From: Octopus vulgaris
Taxonomy: Eukaryota
Reading direction: 5' to 3'
Assembly: GCA_951406725.2 (NCBI GenBank)
Contig: OX597825.1
Coordinates: 43,896,001 to 43,960,000 of the forward strand
Length of the DNA: 64,000 nucleotides
The translations under genes and the position numbers were made by a program. Positions 25,250 through 39,128 of this stretch are shown piece by piece (the first letter of the stretch is position 1; each line of letters opens with the position of its first letter). The notes beneath the pieces were generated by a model. That model ran no database searches and was not told the origin of the DNA. It worked only from the letters and a program-made list of their open reading frames with translations.

Positions 25250-25405
25250 CGTGGGTCATTTAGCTTAATGGTAAAGTACTCAGCCAGTATCTGAGCTGTA
25301 TGGGTTGAATGCCATAACCATCTGCTGGCAACTTTTTTTAAAATGGCGGTGCCCCAGCATGGCCACAGCTCGTGAGCTGAAACTAGATGAAATAAAAAAA
25401 AATAA
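25250..25405 (+). mobile_element. Short decayed tRNA-head SINE
   Basis: tagcttaatggtaaag A-box-like; tail ggcggtgccccagcatggccacagc...tgaaac shared with family A. Confidence 0.55.
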
Positions 25406-25408
25406 AAA

Positions 25409-25656
25409 ATCGTAGCGATACCAGCTACCAAATGGTTTCACGGCAAACTGGGGTCCCGGGTGACCCTAGTAAAGTCATTGGGGAGATCGCAGCCGATAAT
25501 CAGCTCGGGATTCTCCCCAATTACTTTACTAAGGTCACTCGGGGCCCCAATTCGCTGTGAAACCATTTGGTAGCTGGTATCGTTACGATGTCTATTTATA
25601 TTTACCCACTACTCTACCTGTAGAGTAAGCTCTCCTCCAGTTATATGGTTTTATCG

Positions 25657-25658
<2 letters not shown>
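25409..25658. repeat. ~80-bp-arm palindrome with a one-sided extension before (TA)n
   Basis: atcgtagcgataccagctaccaaatggtttcac... versus ...gtgaaaccatttggtagctggtatcgttacgat (ends 25589). Confidence 0.85.
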
Positions 25659-25751
<93 letters not shown>

Positions 25752-25817
25752 TGATACAAGCACGCACATATATATACATTAATATATATATTATACATTA
25801 TAGATATTATATATATT

Positions 25818-25960
25818 CATCATCATTTAACGTCCGCTTTCCATACTGGCATAGGTTGTATTGTTCGACAGGGCCAGAATCCAAGGGCTACCAGCTCCCA
25901 TCTAGTTTGGCAAGGTTTTCGTGACTAGGTGCCCTTCCTAACGCTAACCACTTTGCAGTG
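25818..25960 (-). mobile_element. RTE-type 3' tail fragment
   Basis: catcatcatttaacgtccgctttccat is the reverse complement of the tail at 63920-63950. Confidence 0.75.
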
Positions 25961-26090
25961 TATATATATATGCGTGTGTGTGTATTATAGATTTCTGATC
26001 TGCCCACTTGGGGCTGACATTGATAAAAATTGAAGTCAAATCGCAAGGCGGATCATTAGAAAGAGGCAACACAAGGAGGAAAGCGAAAGA

Positions 26091-26124
26091 CACTGATCAG
26101 GTCACAGAAGTGTGACGAAAGAAC

Positions 26125-26125
<1 letters not shown>
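26091..26125 (+). ncRNA. Degenerate hammerhead, same family as 6861
   Basis: CTGATCA G GTCAC agaagt GTGAC GAAA gaact, then (TA)n. Confidence 0.5.
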
Positions 26126-26180
<55 letters not shown>

Positions 26181-26224
26181 GGTACATATGCAAGCACACA
26201 TACACACACACATATACATACGAA

Positions 26225-26402
26225 TGTATGTATTTGTGTGTCTGTATGTCACCCCACCACCGCTTGATAACTAATGTTGATGCGATTATGCCCCCGTAAC
26301 TTTGCGGTTCGGAAAGAGAGGCGATAGAATAAATACAAAGCTTCCAAAGAATAATTCCTGGCATTGATTTGTTCAAATAAAAGACGATGCTCTAGTATGG
26401 CC
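26225..26402 (+). mobile_element. SINE family A 3' fragment
   Basis: ccccaccaccgcttgataac...cccccgtaactttgcggttcgg matches 14530-14630. Confidence 0.7.
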
Positions 26403-27009
26403 TATCGTCTTTTGAAACATATTGGATGGGAGGTCATCTTGCTGGTTTTGCCAATAAAAACACAAGCACTATTTATTTGATGGTCACTATTTGTTTTTCA
26501 GGTTTTTGTTCGACCAGAGTTCTTTCGTTACAATTCAGTGGCCTTAAACGTGGTCCTTTACTTCATTCTTTTTTCTTTCTTGTATCTGCCCTTTTTAATC
26601 ATCCGCCATGTTGCATTCAACAGAAATTCAAAATCTTTCTCTATCTCACTCTTTATGCCTGTGTATGTATATACATATAATATGTGTTCATACTCAGCGG
26701 TCAACATCTGGCCGATATTGTCTTAATTTTCTATCCTGCTCCTCTCGGCTTCTTTCCCTCTTGTTTGCAAAACATTCCCTATCTATTTCTACTTGTCTTT
26801 CTCTTCACATATCTGCTTCTTTTCTCTCTTTACTCATCTTCATTTTTTCCTCTTATTATCACTGTCAACTACATCCTGTCTACCTTTATTTCCTTGACTC
26901 CACACTCCCTGATGACACTTCGAGAATATCTGACATTGCCTTAGGCAAATCCAGTTTCCTTAAATGTGTTGGGTTCATCATTTTGAGTTAGAGAATAAGA
27001 GATAATCTA

Positions 27010-27912
27010 ACCGTAGAGACACTCCTCAACACTTACTCTAAAGAAGGCCATCTAGACCGTTTAATCTGCAGGGAAGGTGATGGCCTAAATATTTTGGATT
27101 ACAAAAAGCATCGTGGGATCTTTTCTAAAAGAAGGACAGATCTTTCTAGTTAAGTAAACAATTTGAAACTTCGTATACTGGTAGAATGTGTCAAAAGAAA
27201 ACATAATTGTAAACCAAATTGAAAACGGAATTGAAATTTCTAAGTTTAACGTAGTTTAATAATTCGAATTTTAACCAATGGTATTCTTTGTTTTGACCTA
27301 ATATCATTTACTGCCTGTCAACATATTGTTACTGTGACGTAAACAGCTATTTTGTGACGTACTTAACGTAAACATGTAAACAGCTAAAACGTAAACATCC
27401 GCTTATCGTAAATAGCTAAATTCGCTTGGCATCGTACACAGCTTTTTCAGTTCCCTAGAATTATATTTGAAACAAAATAAAAATAAAAAGATTCATAGGC
27501 ATAAATATTCATCCTTAGACATCAGAAAGATTAGAAATGCAACAAAAATTTAAAATACCGGATCTTTACCTTTTGACCTACAGATTTAAAAAATAATTTT
27601 TTCTAACTAAACACTTTCAAACTTCGTGGAGTATATATAAAATTTGTGTAGATCCTAAATAGCTACACACACATGTATATAAACATATGCATATATATAT
27701 ATATATATATATACACCTATACACACATATTCTAATGCATATGCATATATGTGTATATATTTATAATGTGTGTGTATTATAGATGCATACATTATATATA
27801 TATAAAAGATGTTTACATACAATATATATATATATGTTATATACATCTACATGTATATGTATGTATGAATATATAAGTACCACAGAATTTGAATCAAACT
27901 GTTTTGATCCAT

Positions 27913-27979
<67 letters not shown>

Positions 27980-29290
27980 TACATACATACATACACACAT
28001 ACTAAAATTACATCGTTGGAGCAGTAATTTATTTATGTATTTTTTGTTATACAATTTATTTTTAAGCTGAATCCCTATCCTGCCATTAACCCCTTTCTTA
28101 TAAAATAGTTGAAGAATCTGGGGTGTAGGAATTGGGCCAGTATTGGAACTTTTAACTTCTTGCTCTCTATCTTATGATCTCCGAAATTTAAGAATCTTGT
28201 GTTAACTGGGCTCTTATTATTTACTCTGACTCTGCCACCACCTCAATGCAAAGACTATCAATATCAGAATCATCTTCACAAACACCACTACAACCAGTAC
28301 TACAACCTCCAATGCCACCACCACAACCATCTTCTGCAACCACAACCCCAAGACCAAGACCAGCATCATATTCAAAATCACCAATTTCACCACCACTACA
28401 CTCTGCAAAGTCTTCAACACTACCATCCATGAGACATCCTAACATAATCAATGCCACTACTACTATCATCATCATTATCATCATCATCCACTGCCGCCAC
28501 CACCACCACCACCACCTCTACAAAAACACCAACACTATAATTGCTGCCATCATACACATCCACTGTCACCACTACACCACCACCACCGCTGCCATGATAA
28601 CCACATCTACCACAGCTGTTTGCTTACTTCTTACCCACGCTGTTTAAAATTTTCACAAAATAGCTGTCTACGTCACAGTAACACTATGCAGCTAATGATT
28701 TCAGATCAAAACAGACAATACGATTGGTTAAAATTCGCAGATTTAAACTACGTTTAAACTTACAAAATACATTTTTCTCAAAAAAACTAGTTGAAATTAA
28801 TGTTTTCTTTTGACACATTCTACCAGTATACGAAGTTTCAAATTATTTAGTTAACTAGAAAAATCTGTCCTTCTTTTAGAAAAGATCCGCATCGTTTTTA
28901 TTGACTACTTTCAAAAGGCTCTCACCATCAATGGAGAGTGCTGTACTGTGCCACCTTTCTAAGACAGTTGCGAACGGCTATCAAGGCCAAACGCAAGGAA
29001 AACTGTCGAGTATGTTTTTCTTTCATTGAAACAAATACTCCAGTGCACAAGTAATTGGTTTCGATGGCTGCCTTTTGTGATTGGCTTTGAACTGCTAAGC
29101 CACCCTTCCTACTTTAGTGATTTGACCTCATCTTATTATCTATATCCCCTACATATATATAAAAAAAATACTCAGTTAGGAACCAATATCATAGTGATGA
29201 TGTCTTATCAGCTGTTGAAAACTTGTTTAACAGGATAGCTTCTTTTCCAAGGCAATCGAAGCTATGAATCGCTGAAAGATGTATGTAGAT
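27010..29290 (+). mobile_element. Mariner transposase remnant split by a Merlin-like element
   Basis: SAGKVMA..FW..K.IV (27065-27115) continues as IDY.QK (from ~28900) and FELLSHPSYFSDL (~29087). Confidence 0.75.
27116..28888. mobile_element. Merlin-like non-autonomous element with long TIRs
   Basis: GGATC...GATCC termini; >200-bp imperfect TIRs; 8-bp TSD gcatcgtg / gcatcgtt; holds a related TIR at 27560-27626. Confidence 0.75.
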
Positions 29291-29826
29291 GATCTTTTCT
29301 GTTTGATTTTCACTTTTCAATTGCCTCAATTTTGTTCCAATTTCAAAAATGTGTATTGTTCACATGAACTAAACCAACAGTATGTTTATCCAACATTTCA
29401 CAGAACTTTATTAAAACTTCCATCGTTGAATGTTTTAACATTGTAATGTTGTCACCTTGTACAAAATGCCAGCTTCCACATCCTGTTCTCTGATTGAGGG
29501 AAAAATGATCAAACTTTAAACCTCTGTCACAGTTTTCTAAAGTTTTTCTGGAATAAGTGATTAGCATCAGATTCAACGTGAAAAATTACACCAATGTATC
29601 AAATTTGAAAATTTTCGCTTAATTTGAAAATTTCTGAAGGTGAAATCAAGCAGAAAAGATTCTAATATTTAAAAATGAACTTTATTTGGTCACATTCCAT
29701 GAGAATATATTGGTCAGCCTGTTAATTTTCCAGTCGATCCTCATAATAATAAAAGTTATTATTATTGAACATTTATTTGTTTTGATACCCAAATTAGAAA
29801 ACTTCGCCTTGTTTGTAAAAATTTTG

Positions 29827-30444
29827 GGTACTACAGAAGTGTGGACCTGAGTTCTGAGAATGCGCATGTCACAAATTTGCGCGTGCGCGTGCGTTAGTTG
29901 TAAGTAGTCGATTTTAGCTCACAAGGCAAACGACGAGACGCGCCGAGGCGCACGGACACGCGCTACTTGTAAATGGAGCAAGGTTATCCATGTAATACAA
30001 AAAGAAAATTGCAGATAAATTGAATATAAAAGTGAAAAATAATCATTAAATACTGGAAAAAACATTCATCTCCCCTAACCCTAAACGATCAAACTAAAGC
30101 GTTTGGCCCGGTCATAAAAACAAAAAAAAACCTTAAACCCTAACCCTTAATAAAATATGGGAAAAGCTGGAGATGAATGTTTTGAAAACATTCTGAACTA
30201 TCTTTCAGAATGGTTTACTTTTCAATGAAATATCATTTTGTTATTTTTCATGTTTTTATTCAATTTATCTGCAATTTTCTTCTTGTATTAGATGGATAAC
30301 CCACCCTCCATTTACAGCAAGTAGCGCGCGTCTCGTTGTTTACCTGTGTGCTAAAATCGACTACTTACGACTAACGCGCTCGCATGCACAATTTTGTGAC
30401 ATGCACACTCCCAGAACTCGGATCCACACTTCTCCAGTAGTGCC
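29827..30444. mobile_element. Merlin-like fold-back MITE with a CCCTAA core
   Basis: GGTACTAC...GTAGTGCC termini; perfect 8-bp TSD aaattttg (29819-29826, 30445-30452); ~240-bp TIRs. Confidence 0.8.
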
Positions 30445-30870
30445 AAATTTTGGAACTGAGTTTGCACCCCCTAAGCAAATTTTGTTCCTGGGCCACTGGA
30501 CAGCAGCAGCATAATGGGGTGAGAGGAAGGGGCTGAGAGAAAGGCCAGACTGCTGCTAAAAACTATGACACACACACAAGCATACATACGCACATAAACA
30601 CACATGCACAAGCGCGCACACACAAACGCATGCGCACATAAGGATACACATCTTAGAAGAACAGAATGGAGAAAATGGAACAAAAACACACACGAAAATG
30701 AAAAGTGTCACTGAAGAGGTCACAGATGAAAGACGAAAGATTCCCGGACGATGAACATGAGTCAAAATAACAAAATAAGAGCAGTAATAAACGGGTGAAG
30801 AAAAAGTATATAGAGCGTGTGTTTATTTGGCAAAGACGATTATCCCGAAAACAACAATATATATATATAT

Positions 30871-31160
30871 CACGTGATCACGTGACCGACCAGACCATCA
30901 GATATAGTTACACATCGCTGGTCACAATGCGTTCGCATTGTTTTAGCCTTCGAATGACACCGCCCCGCTGGCTAAGCGAGCAGGCCGACAGAAGAAAGAG
31001 TGGTGAAAGAGTACAGCAGGGATCACCACCCCGTGTCGGAGCCTCGTGGAGCTTTTAGGAGTTTTCGCTCAATAAACACTCACAACGCCCGGTCTGGGAA
31101 TCGAAACCGCGATCCTGCGACCGCGAGTCCGCTGCCCTAACCACTAGGCCATTGCGCCTC
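30871..31160 (-). mobile_element. tRNA(Arg)-like-derived SINE family C
   Basis: Head ggaggcgcaaTGGCCTAGTGGttagggcagcggactcgcggtc...GTTTCGATTCC; flanked by (TA)n. Confidence 0.85.
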
Positions 31161-31166
31161 CATATA

Positions 31167-31315
<149 letters not shown>

Positions 31316-31319
31316 GTGT

Positions 31320-32047
31320 GTATTTTTCCCTGGTTAAAAATTACCACGGAAAAAATAGATAAATAGTTACCAGAGTAGCAAAAAATCACACAAGTAAAAA
31401 GGTTGTAACTCCTTGTTTTTAAAGGTAGAAACTTCGGGTTTACGTGAAATTTTTTGTATACTATATAAATAAATAAATGGAGTTTAACGCAGGTGTAATT
31501 CAAATAGTTTTACTTCCGACACATGTTTCGAAGATATCACTGATATTATTCCAAAGGAATAAATAGTGTAAAACAATGTAATCTTCTCTTCTCTACATTA
31601 GTAAAATCACACCTTTAGTTCGTATAAGTGATCTCTATCATTATATATAATTTAAACATTAATTTTCTTTTTATATTTCACATTCACTAAAAATATATAT
31701 TTTCCTAGTATATAAGGTTTTATTTAATATACATATAGTCATATACTTCTCATTTATTTAGCTTTTCTTTAATTTATCCCTCCTCTTTCTATAGGCTAAC
31801 TCTGATGTTATATCATATAACGCTTTTACAAACAATATTAATAGAGTTCAGTTAATCACTATATATATATCCATAATTTTCTGTTAAATGTCTTATTGAC
31901 GAGTTTCATTCCTTCACTTCCCTGAAGAGAAGATTACATTGTTTTACACCATTTTATTCCTTTGGAATAATATCAGTGAAATCTTCGAAACATGTGTCGA
32001 AAGGAAAAGTATTTGAATTACACCTGCGTTAAACTCCATTTATATAA

Positions 32048-32048
<1 letters not shown>
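31320..32048. mobile_element. PLE terminal remnant with inverted arms
   Basis: 31470-31591 is the reverse complement of 31925-32048; both carry hammerhead sequence. Confidence 0.75.
31917..32003 (+). ncRNA. Type-I hammerhead with extended stem II
   Basis: cttcc CTGAAGA GAAGATT [~44 nt] AATCTTC GAAA catgt GTC gaaag (ggaag in the inverted arm). Confidence 0.75.
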
Positions 32049-32119
<71 letters not shown>

Positions 32120-32586
32120 GTGTGTGTGTGCGTGTATATGTATAAAGGAATACAAAAAATTAGTCAAGAACGCAAAACATCCAGACAAATAATACAAAAG
32201 AAGGACAAGAAAAGACAAGGACAAGTCATTCGCAGTTTTCTTTCCTAAGCCGAGTTCCAGATTGTCGTTGCTATTTCGGCTGGTTATACTCGAGATTGCT
32301 CCAATTTGGCCAGTCCCAAAGGAAAACTAAGCCAAGAGCACTAGATTCCTTGGAAAAAAGCAGCGAATGTATACGGAAACAAGGACGAAAAAAAAAACGG
32401 AGAAATGGTACACAAATACAAATGCAAATAACAGGACATAAACAACAGATGTCTTTCGACGAAGGACGAATTAAATTAAGCTGGTGCGTGTGGAAGTGAA
32501 GCCTTAATACATATACATATATATATGTGCGTGTGTGTGTGTGTGTGTGTGTGTGATATATATGTATTTTGTGTATGTGTGTGTAT

Positions 32587-32664
<78 letters not shown>

Positions 32665-32728
32665 TGCAAACAGGTAAAATGGAACTCAAAGCATGAGTAT
32701 ATGTATATTATTTAACAAAGAATTAACG

Positions 32729-32812
32729 TGACTCAAGGGCCGAAAGTTTCGTGTGTTAATACTTATCAACAGTTATAAATGCCAACACACGAAACTCTCG
32801 GCCCTTGAGTCA
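32729..32812. repeat. ~29-bp-arm palindrome between microsatellites
   Basis: tgactcaagggccgaaagtttcgtgtgtt / aacacacgaaactctcggcccttgagtca. Confidence 0.85.
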
Positions 32813-32827
32813 TACTGCTGCTTCTGC

Positions 32828-32858
<31 letters not shown>

Positions 32859-33517
32859 ATGTATAAATATATACGTATACACATATATGCATACATACAA
32901 GCATGCATACATGTATTATATTTGTATGGATGTACGTATGCATGTATATGTGTGTGCGCGCGCGTTTGTATTCAATCGTTTTAACAAACCTATGAATTAT
33001 TGTTTCTCTAATATCTGATTTCATCCATTATTCATTACATACACATATTCACACATATAAAACAAATATAAACCATAAATTTCTTAAATAAACAAAATGT
33101 GCCCTATTTCGTGCGTTGAAGACATATTTCACAAGGCAGTTTCATCCACAATTTCAACCATGAAACATTAGTTAAGCTGACAAATAGATAGATAAATAAA
33201 TAGATACATACATACATACATACATACATACATACATACATACATACATACATACATACATACATACATACATACATAGAAGCAGTCAGACAATCAGACA
33301 GACAAACAGACAGACAGACAGTGAAACACATACACACACACACATACACACACACTCACGCACCTTCTAGAAAAACAATAAAAAACGAAGAAATATAAAT
33401 AAGTTAATTAAATGACCAAACAGTATGATATCAATAATTGCTTACATAATATTTCAAAATAACGACACAATAACCAGAAGTAGTTTAAAGCAAATGAGTG
33501 TCACTCAGGGTGTGGTT

Positions 33518-33530
33518 GTACTACTACTAC

Positions 33531-33594
<64 letters not shown>

Positions 33595-33678
33595 GCTGCT
33601 GCTGCTGTTGCTGCTGCTGCAACTATTGATGCTGCTGTGACAAATAATAACAAGAGCATTAACAACATCAACATAAAC

Positions 33679-33750
<72 letters not shown>
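33518..33750. repeat. (CTA)n(CTG)n and (AAT)n microsatellites
   Basis: Direct reading. Confidence 0.9.
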
Positions 33751-33751
<1 letters not shown>

Positions 33752-34669
33752 CAGGTCGTTATTGTTTTTTTGTTTTTGTTTTTTTTTGTTTTTTTTTGTG
33801 TATGTTTTTACAAGAATCTTTTCAGCAACTAAATCTGAGGGAGATGGAACAAAGAGCAATAACAAATATATGACACATACTTAAAACAGTTTTCCTCCAA
33901 TGAAAAACGAACAAATTCATGGAAATTAAGCTACACCAAAGAAGCTTTATTGGTGCTGGGAGACATTTCACAATTTTCTGTTTTCAAATTTGTTGAAGTC
34001 AAACTTGTTTTTCCTGAACCCATGAAATATAAACCATAACATACAGAGATCATGTTTTTTTTATTGTTTTTTTTTTACTTTATTTTGAAAAGTGTCCTTG
34101 TGTTTGATAGAAAAGAAACCGAAATGTCTTGTGTCATTATATAGGATTCCCGCTCAGCTGCTTCGTTTCCAGAATTTGATACTTGTTAGAAACTATGATT
34201 CTTTAACTTACATCGCTCATAATTCAAGAGCGAAACTAGTTTAAATTCCACTCTACTCAGAATCAAAGAGGAAAATTCCGAATTTCTACCCGAAGGTTTC
34301 TGGCTTTGTATCTAGCAGCAAAGACCTCTGTGTTAACTACAAAACATTCCTCAACAACCCAATGCTGCCAATTTAGTACTTCTGAATTGCATCATTCTCT
34401 ACTAAAATTCCCTCCCAAAGTATAACTCGGAAAAAGTTGAGTTCTGTTCATCTACCTGACAAGCTTTGGATAGATTACACAAACATGGGAGGTTCGTTTG
34501 TGCTACAATGATTAATTGGCTTGCAGAATTCGAAACAAATCAAATCTAAGGTGCTATGTAATGTAATTATTACAAAGGCAATGAAATTTCTGGAAATGAC
34601 AAAATGAACCGAGCCAGATATTTTATATCTAGTTCATCTTTTATCTCTCTCCTCTCACTTTAACAATAT

Positions 34670-35040
34670 CCATCCATCCATCCATCCATCCATATATACA
34701 TACATACTTACGTATGTACGTACGTACATACATACGTACATACATATATACGTACGTACATACATACAACATGCATACATACATACATACACACGTATGT
34801 ACGTACGTACATACATACGTACATACATATATACGTACGTAGGTACATACATACATACATACATACATACACACGTATGTACGTACGTACATACATACGT
34901 ACATACATATATACGTACGTACATACGTACATACATGCATACATACATACATACATACATACATACATACATACATACATACATACATACATACATACAT
35001 ACATACATACATACATACATACATACATACATACATACAT
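34670..35040. repeat. (CATC)n/(TACA/TACG)n tetranucleotide tract
   Basis: Direct reading. Confidence 0.9.
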
Positions 35041-35719
35041 GAAGTAGAGAGGGTATGTTATTGATGAGGTTGCGAATAGCGACGCAAGAATATTAACAGA
35101 TTTAGCAGATTGATAGACAGAATGATTAATCAAATGATCGATTACTTAACTGGTCAAATATGAACTAATTCATTAATAATAATAGAAGTGAAATAGAACC
35201 AGTGCGTGCGTTTATTATTGACATAATGGCCTTCTCGAGATACAACGAATTTCTTACAATTCAGATGTCTTACACGCCAAATACAAAAATAAAATACACA
35301 CACAAATGCAAGGAAAGAATAAAGGAAATAATTCTGTATATAAAACAACCATGTAATGCTCAGAATATGAGCTATAGGAAGACACAAAATTCAAATAATC
35401 GATAAACAGTTTCCCTTTATAATATCGAATACTTGGGGCCAATCTCATAAAACCGTAAAAATTATATATGCGTGTACAAGATTACATAAAAATACACAAA
35501 TGCATAAAAATATACATATAAATACATATGAATATATTAAAATATACATGAATATATAACGAAAATATAAAATTCGATTATGTCCAACAAAGTCCAACCT
35601 ATGTAAGATTAGTAAATTTATTATAGATAAAATTCTCCCATATGCTAAGGATGATGTAAATTTACCATTGTGGAACAGTACATGTGATGTCATCACTTGA
35701 TTTTGTTCCTTAGACAATA

Positions 35720-37310
35720 AAAACAGAACCTATTTTTTATAATTTGACATCAGCAATTATTACCAATCCATATCACCTGATCTCTTGGATAAGGCTATAA
35801 CTTTTACTCAAAACTTTAAGAATATTTCCTCATTAGAAAGAGATGTAATAATGACTGCTAGAAAGACCCTAATATCTTTTAGGAATAAGGATTGGACGCG
35901 CAATGACCTCCAGGACGATTTGGACGTAACAAGGGGATCTTCAGATTCCGCTCAGATTACTGACTTAGAGGGATTATTCTTACTTCCCAAAATTTATGAG
36001 AAATTCCCTTACATTAAAGGTAGCTTATATAGGTACGAAGCATTGTTTTCCATGTCTGGTCCCCCTCTGCAAACTGAAGATACAACAAAAACAGCTTTAA
36101 TAAAATTCTTCAATGGGTGTAAATTGGATATAATATTTGAAAATATAGGCAAAACAAGTAAATTTTTTAGACGTTACTCTAAATTTAATTAATGGGTCAT
36201 ATTACCCTTATCATAAACCGAATAAAATGATAAAATATATTAATTGTCTATCAAATTACTCACCAAGTGTTATAAACGGGAAAATTAAAGGGGGCTCTAT
36301 TTGAATATCAAATTTATCCACTAACGAACGAATATCTAGTAATCACGCACCCCTGTATAATACTGCGCTGAAGAATAGCGGTTTTGATAAGAATATTTAT
36401 TACATACCAAACACAATACTTAAAAATAAATTAGATAAACTACTCCCAGATATGGCAAAATTCTATTGATGAACAATCTCGCCACAGATATAGAAGTTCT
36501 CACAGGCCCTTTAGTTATAATTATAGAAATAATGCAGCAGTATATAGACAAGTTAACAAGATTACCTCTAGAAAAAGGGAAATCTTATGGTTCACCCCCA
36601 CCTTTCTCTCTTCAAATTAGAAACCTTCCCAAAAGTTTTTTCAAGATAATTGAAAAAAAACTTTCTTAAGGACCATAAATATCACCCTATTTTTAATAGA
36701 TCTACTTTAAAATTATATTCATCAGCACCAAATTTGGGTTCTATTATTGCAGCTAATAACAAACATAAGGTTTAAAATAATTCATGGTAAACATACCTTA
36801 CCAAACCTAGTTTAGAGAATATGAATACTGAAACAGTAATAGAAAATAGAAGCAATAAATCGAAACCTATAAAGAAAATTTGTAATTGTCGTTCCTCTGA
36901 AGGCTGCCCCTTAAAAGGTTCCTGTTTAAGGGAAAATTTTGTATATAAATGTGAGATTGCTAACTCCAGTGAATCTAAGAAAATTTATATAGGAATTTCA
37001 GTTGATTTTAAGACGAGATATCGAGGACACGTAAATTCTTTTAAAAATCCTAAAACTGTGAATTCAACTGTACTATCTATATATGTAAACCAATTGAAAC
37101 AACAAAATATTGGATATAAATTAGATTGGGTAATAATAACTGAAACAACCACATATGATACGAATTCAAACATCTGTAAATTATGCACAAAAGAATCTAT
37201 TAATATCCTTCGCACTAATAGGAAACTCCTACTAAATAAGATCTCTGAAGCACTAATATTTTGTAGGTATAAATACCTTTCAAGTTTTAAATTTTTTCGA
37301 TCTAAATTAT
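35720..37310 (+). pseudogene. Decayed PLE ORF (RT + GIY-YIG)
   Basis: FDISNYYQSIS; DVTRGSSDSAQITDLEGL; LYRYE (YRDD site decayed); CNC...CPLKGSCLRENFVYKCEI...YIGIS..FKTRY. Confidence 0.85.
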
Positions 37311-37639
37311 TAATAATAGCTAACTTGTATATAAATTTCAAACTAATAAATTCAACCCTAGTATATAATAAACTCGTTTTAAATGCATTAACTCCATGCT
37401 ACCTATCTTGTAGTTCGTATTTATTTATTAGAGTTAGCTGCTGTCTTGTCCTTTCGACGCGCTATATGTTTTCAGGAGCTGGAGGTTTTTCATTGAGTTA
37501 AAGTGTGAGTTAAATTATTATTGGTAATACTGTTGTTCTAATTGTTTTGTGTCTAGCGATACTTTGTTTTGCTGCTTGTGGCAGCGTTGTTGACGCCTTT
37601 TCCTCTTGTTTGAAGGTGGAAACGTGATACGTAGAGGAA

Positions 37640-38165
37640 ATATGATAGTTGATATCATCTGAAAAGGAATTGTTGAAGAGATTGAAGACTATTGACGAGG
37701 CAATGGAAGGGAAGAAGAATTTCAGAGGCAGCAAAAGAAAAAATGAAGATGTGTGTATTGAGAGAAAAGAACTGGAAAAATTCAAGATAATGCTAGAGGG
37801 AGAGGAATGATGTAAAGGTGTCCCCTCCCAGAGAGACTACTAAGCGAGTAATGGAGAGAACAATGATATACAGGACGTACTGCCTGAAATTGCAGAGAAT
37901 CGAAATTGCAACTAGGGCTCAAGTAGAAAAGGCGTTACGACCAATCTGGCAGGAAGTAAAGTACCTTGCCAGAGGCAGAAGATACGCAACGATGGAGGTG
38001 CAGTTTGCGACGGAAGATTTAACCAAGCAGCTTTCCGTAACTTTCCTCAAAACAGACGTGGCCGTACTTCTACCCGTTTACCTGAGCAGACGTGCTTCCA
38101 GGTAAGGGTAGAAGAGATCCCTTCAGAAGTGAGTGTTGCCTGGCTGGTGGCCGCCATCCTGTTGT
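37640..38165 (+). pseudogene. Tx1/L1-type ORF1 fragment
   Basis: VQFATED...LLPVYLSRRASR.RVEEIPSEVSVAWL resembles LLFGTPE...FLSTYCGRKIRRAWVCGLPPGTEAGWI of the 20335-21441 ORF. Confidence 0.6.
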
Positions 38166-39105
38166 ATTGCTGCACAGTATTTTCAAAGATAGACTTAGTA
38201 AGGGCTTATCATCAGATTCTTGTCAACCTGGACGATATACCGAAGACTGCTATCGTCACTTTATTCGGGTCCTTCGAATTCCTACCCATGCTTTTCGGAC
38301 TTAGAAATGCGGCTAGTATGTTCCAGAGATTCATGGATGAAGTGACGCTTGGGTTGCATTTTGTTTGCATATATAGATGACCTGCTAATCGCTAGTTCTA
38401 CTCCTGAAGAACATTCCAGCACTTAGCACTGCTCTTTCAGTGTTTAAGTACGTACCGGATGAAAATGAATCCTCCTAAGTGTGTTTTCGGCTCCTCCTCT
38501 TTGGAATTTTGGGACATCTAATAGACAGCAACGGCATTCAACCGATTCATGAGAAAATCCAAGCTATGCAGAGTTTAGCTCCTCCAACTTCGCTGCGACA
38601 GTTTCACCATATTTTAGGATTGGTAAATTTTTACCGCAGGTTTATTCTAAATCGTGCTGAAAAATGAATTCCTTTAGCACAGATTTTATAGATGAGGAAA
38701 AGAAAAAAGATGAGGTTATCTTCCATACACTGTCGCATTGCAAGCTTTTCAATCAATGAAAGATGAATTAGGAAACTTGTTTCTGCTCGCTTATCCAGAT
38801 GAAAGCGCTCGTCCGCTTCTCTCTGTTGATGCATCTGATACTGCAGTTGGTGCTGTTCTTCAACAATATTACCAAGATAGGAAGCAAGCTTTGACATTCT
38901 CCTCTCGACAGCTCAAGTCCACTGATTCCTCGTTACAGCACGTTTGGCAGGGAGCTATTAGCCATTTTCCTCGCTATGAAATATTTCTGTCATTTTCTCG
39001 AGGGCCGAGAATTCCCAATTTTCACTGATTATAAACTTCTAACGTTTGCTTTATCATGAAAGTCGGACAAGTACTCTCCAAGAGAAACTCGGCAACTGGA
39101 TTTTA
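38166..39105 (+). pseudogene. Gypsy pol fragment (RT + RNase H)
   Basis: FSKIDLVRAYHQI, FGLRNAASMFQRFMD, YIDD, VDASDTAVGAVLQQ, RELLAI, IFTDYK. Confidence 0.9.
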
Positions 39106-39128
39106 TATGTTCGTCATTGAGCTGCATT

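Larger units (their letters stand above)
23604..30498 (-). mobile_element. Old hAT DNA transposon swollen by nested insertions
   Basis: TIRs CAAGGGTCCGGGAACA / rc CAGTGGCCCAGGAACA; 8-bp TSD aacagcag / gacagcag; subterminal GGGGGTGCA; hATC-like remnant (CDRG...NRM) near 29480-29535. Confidence 0.7.

Noticed and set aside
26908-26935. CTGATGA hammerhead half
   Set aside because: No stem II-GAAA follows.
28199-28647. Pro/Ser/His-rich ORFs as a host exon
   Set aside because: Degenerate (CAC/CAT) low-complexity tract inside a transposon.
31085-31160. tRNA gene
   Set aside because: It has A/B boxes but no acceptor-stem closure and continues into a SINE body.
34210-34456. Possible minus-strand exon (cag acceptor, gtaagt donor)
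   Set aside because: No ORF and a weak polypyrimidine tract; splice dinucleotides alone are insufficient.
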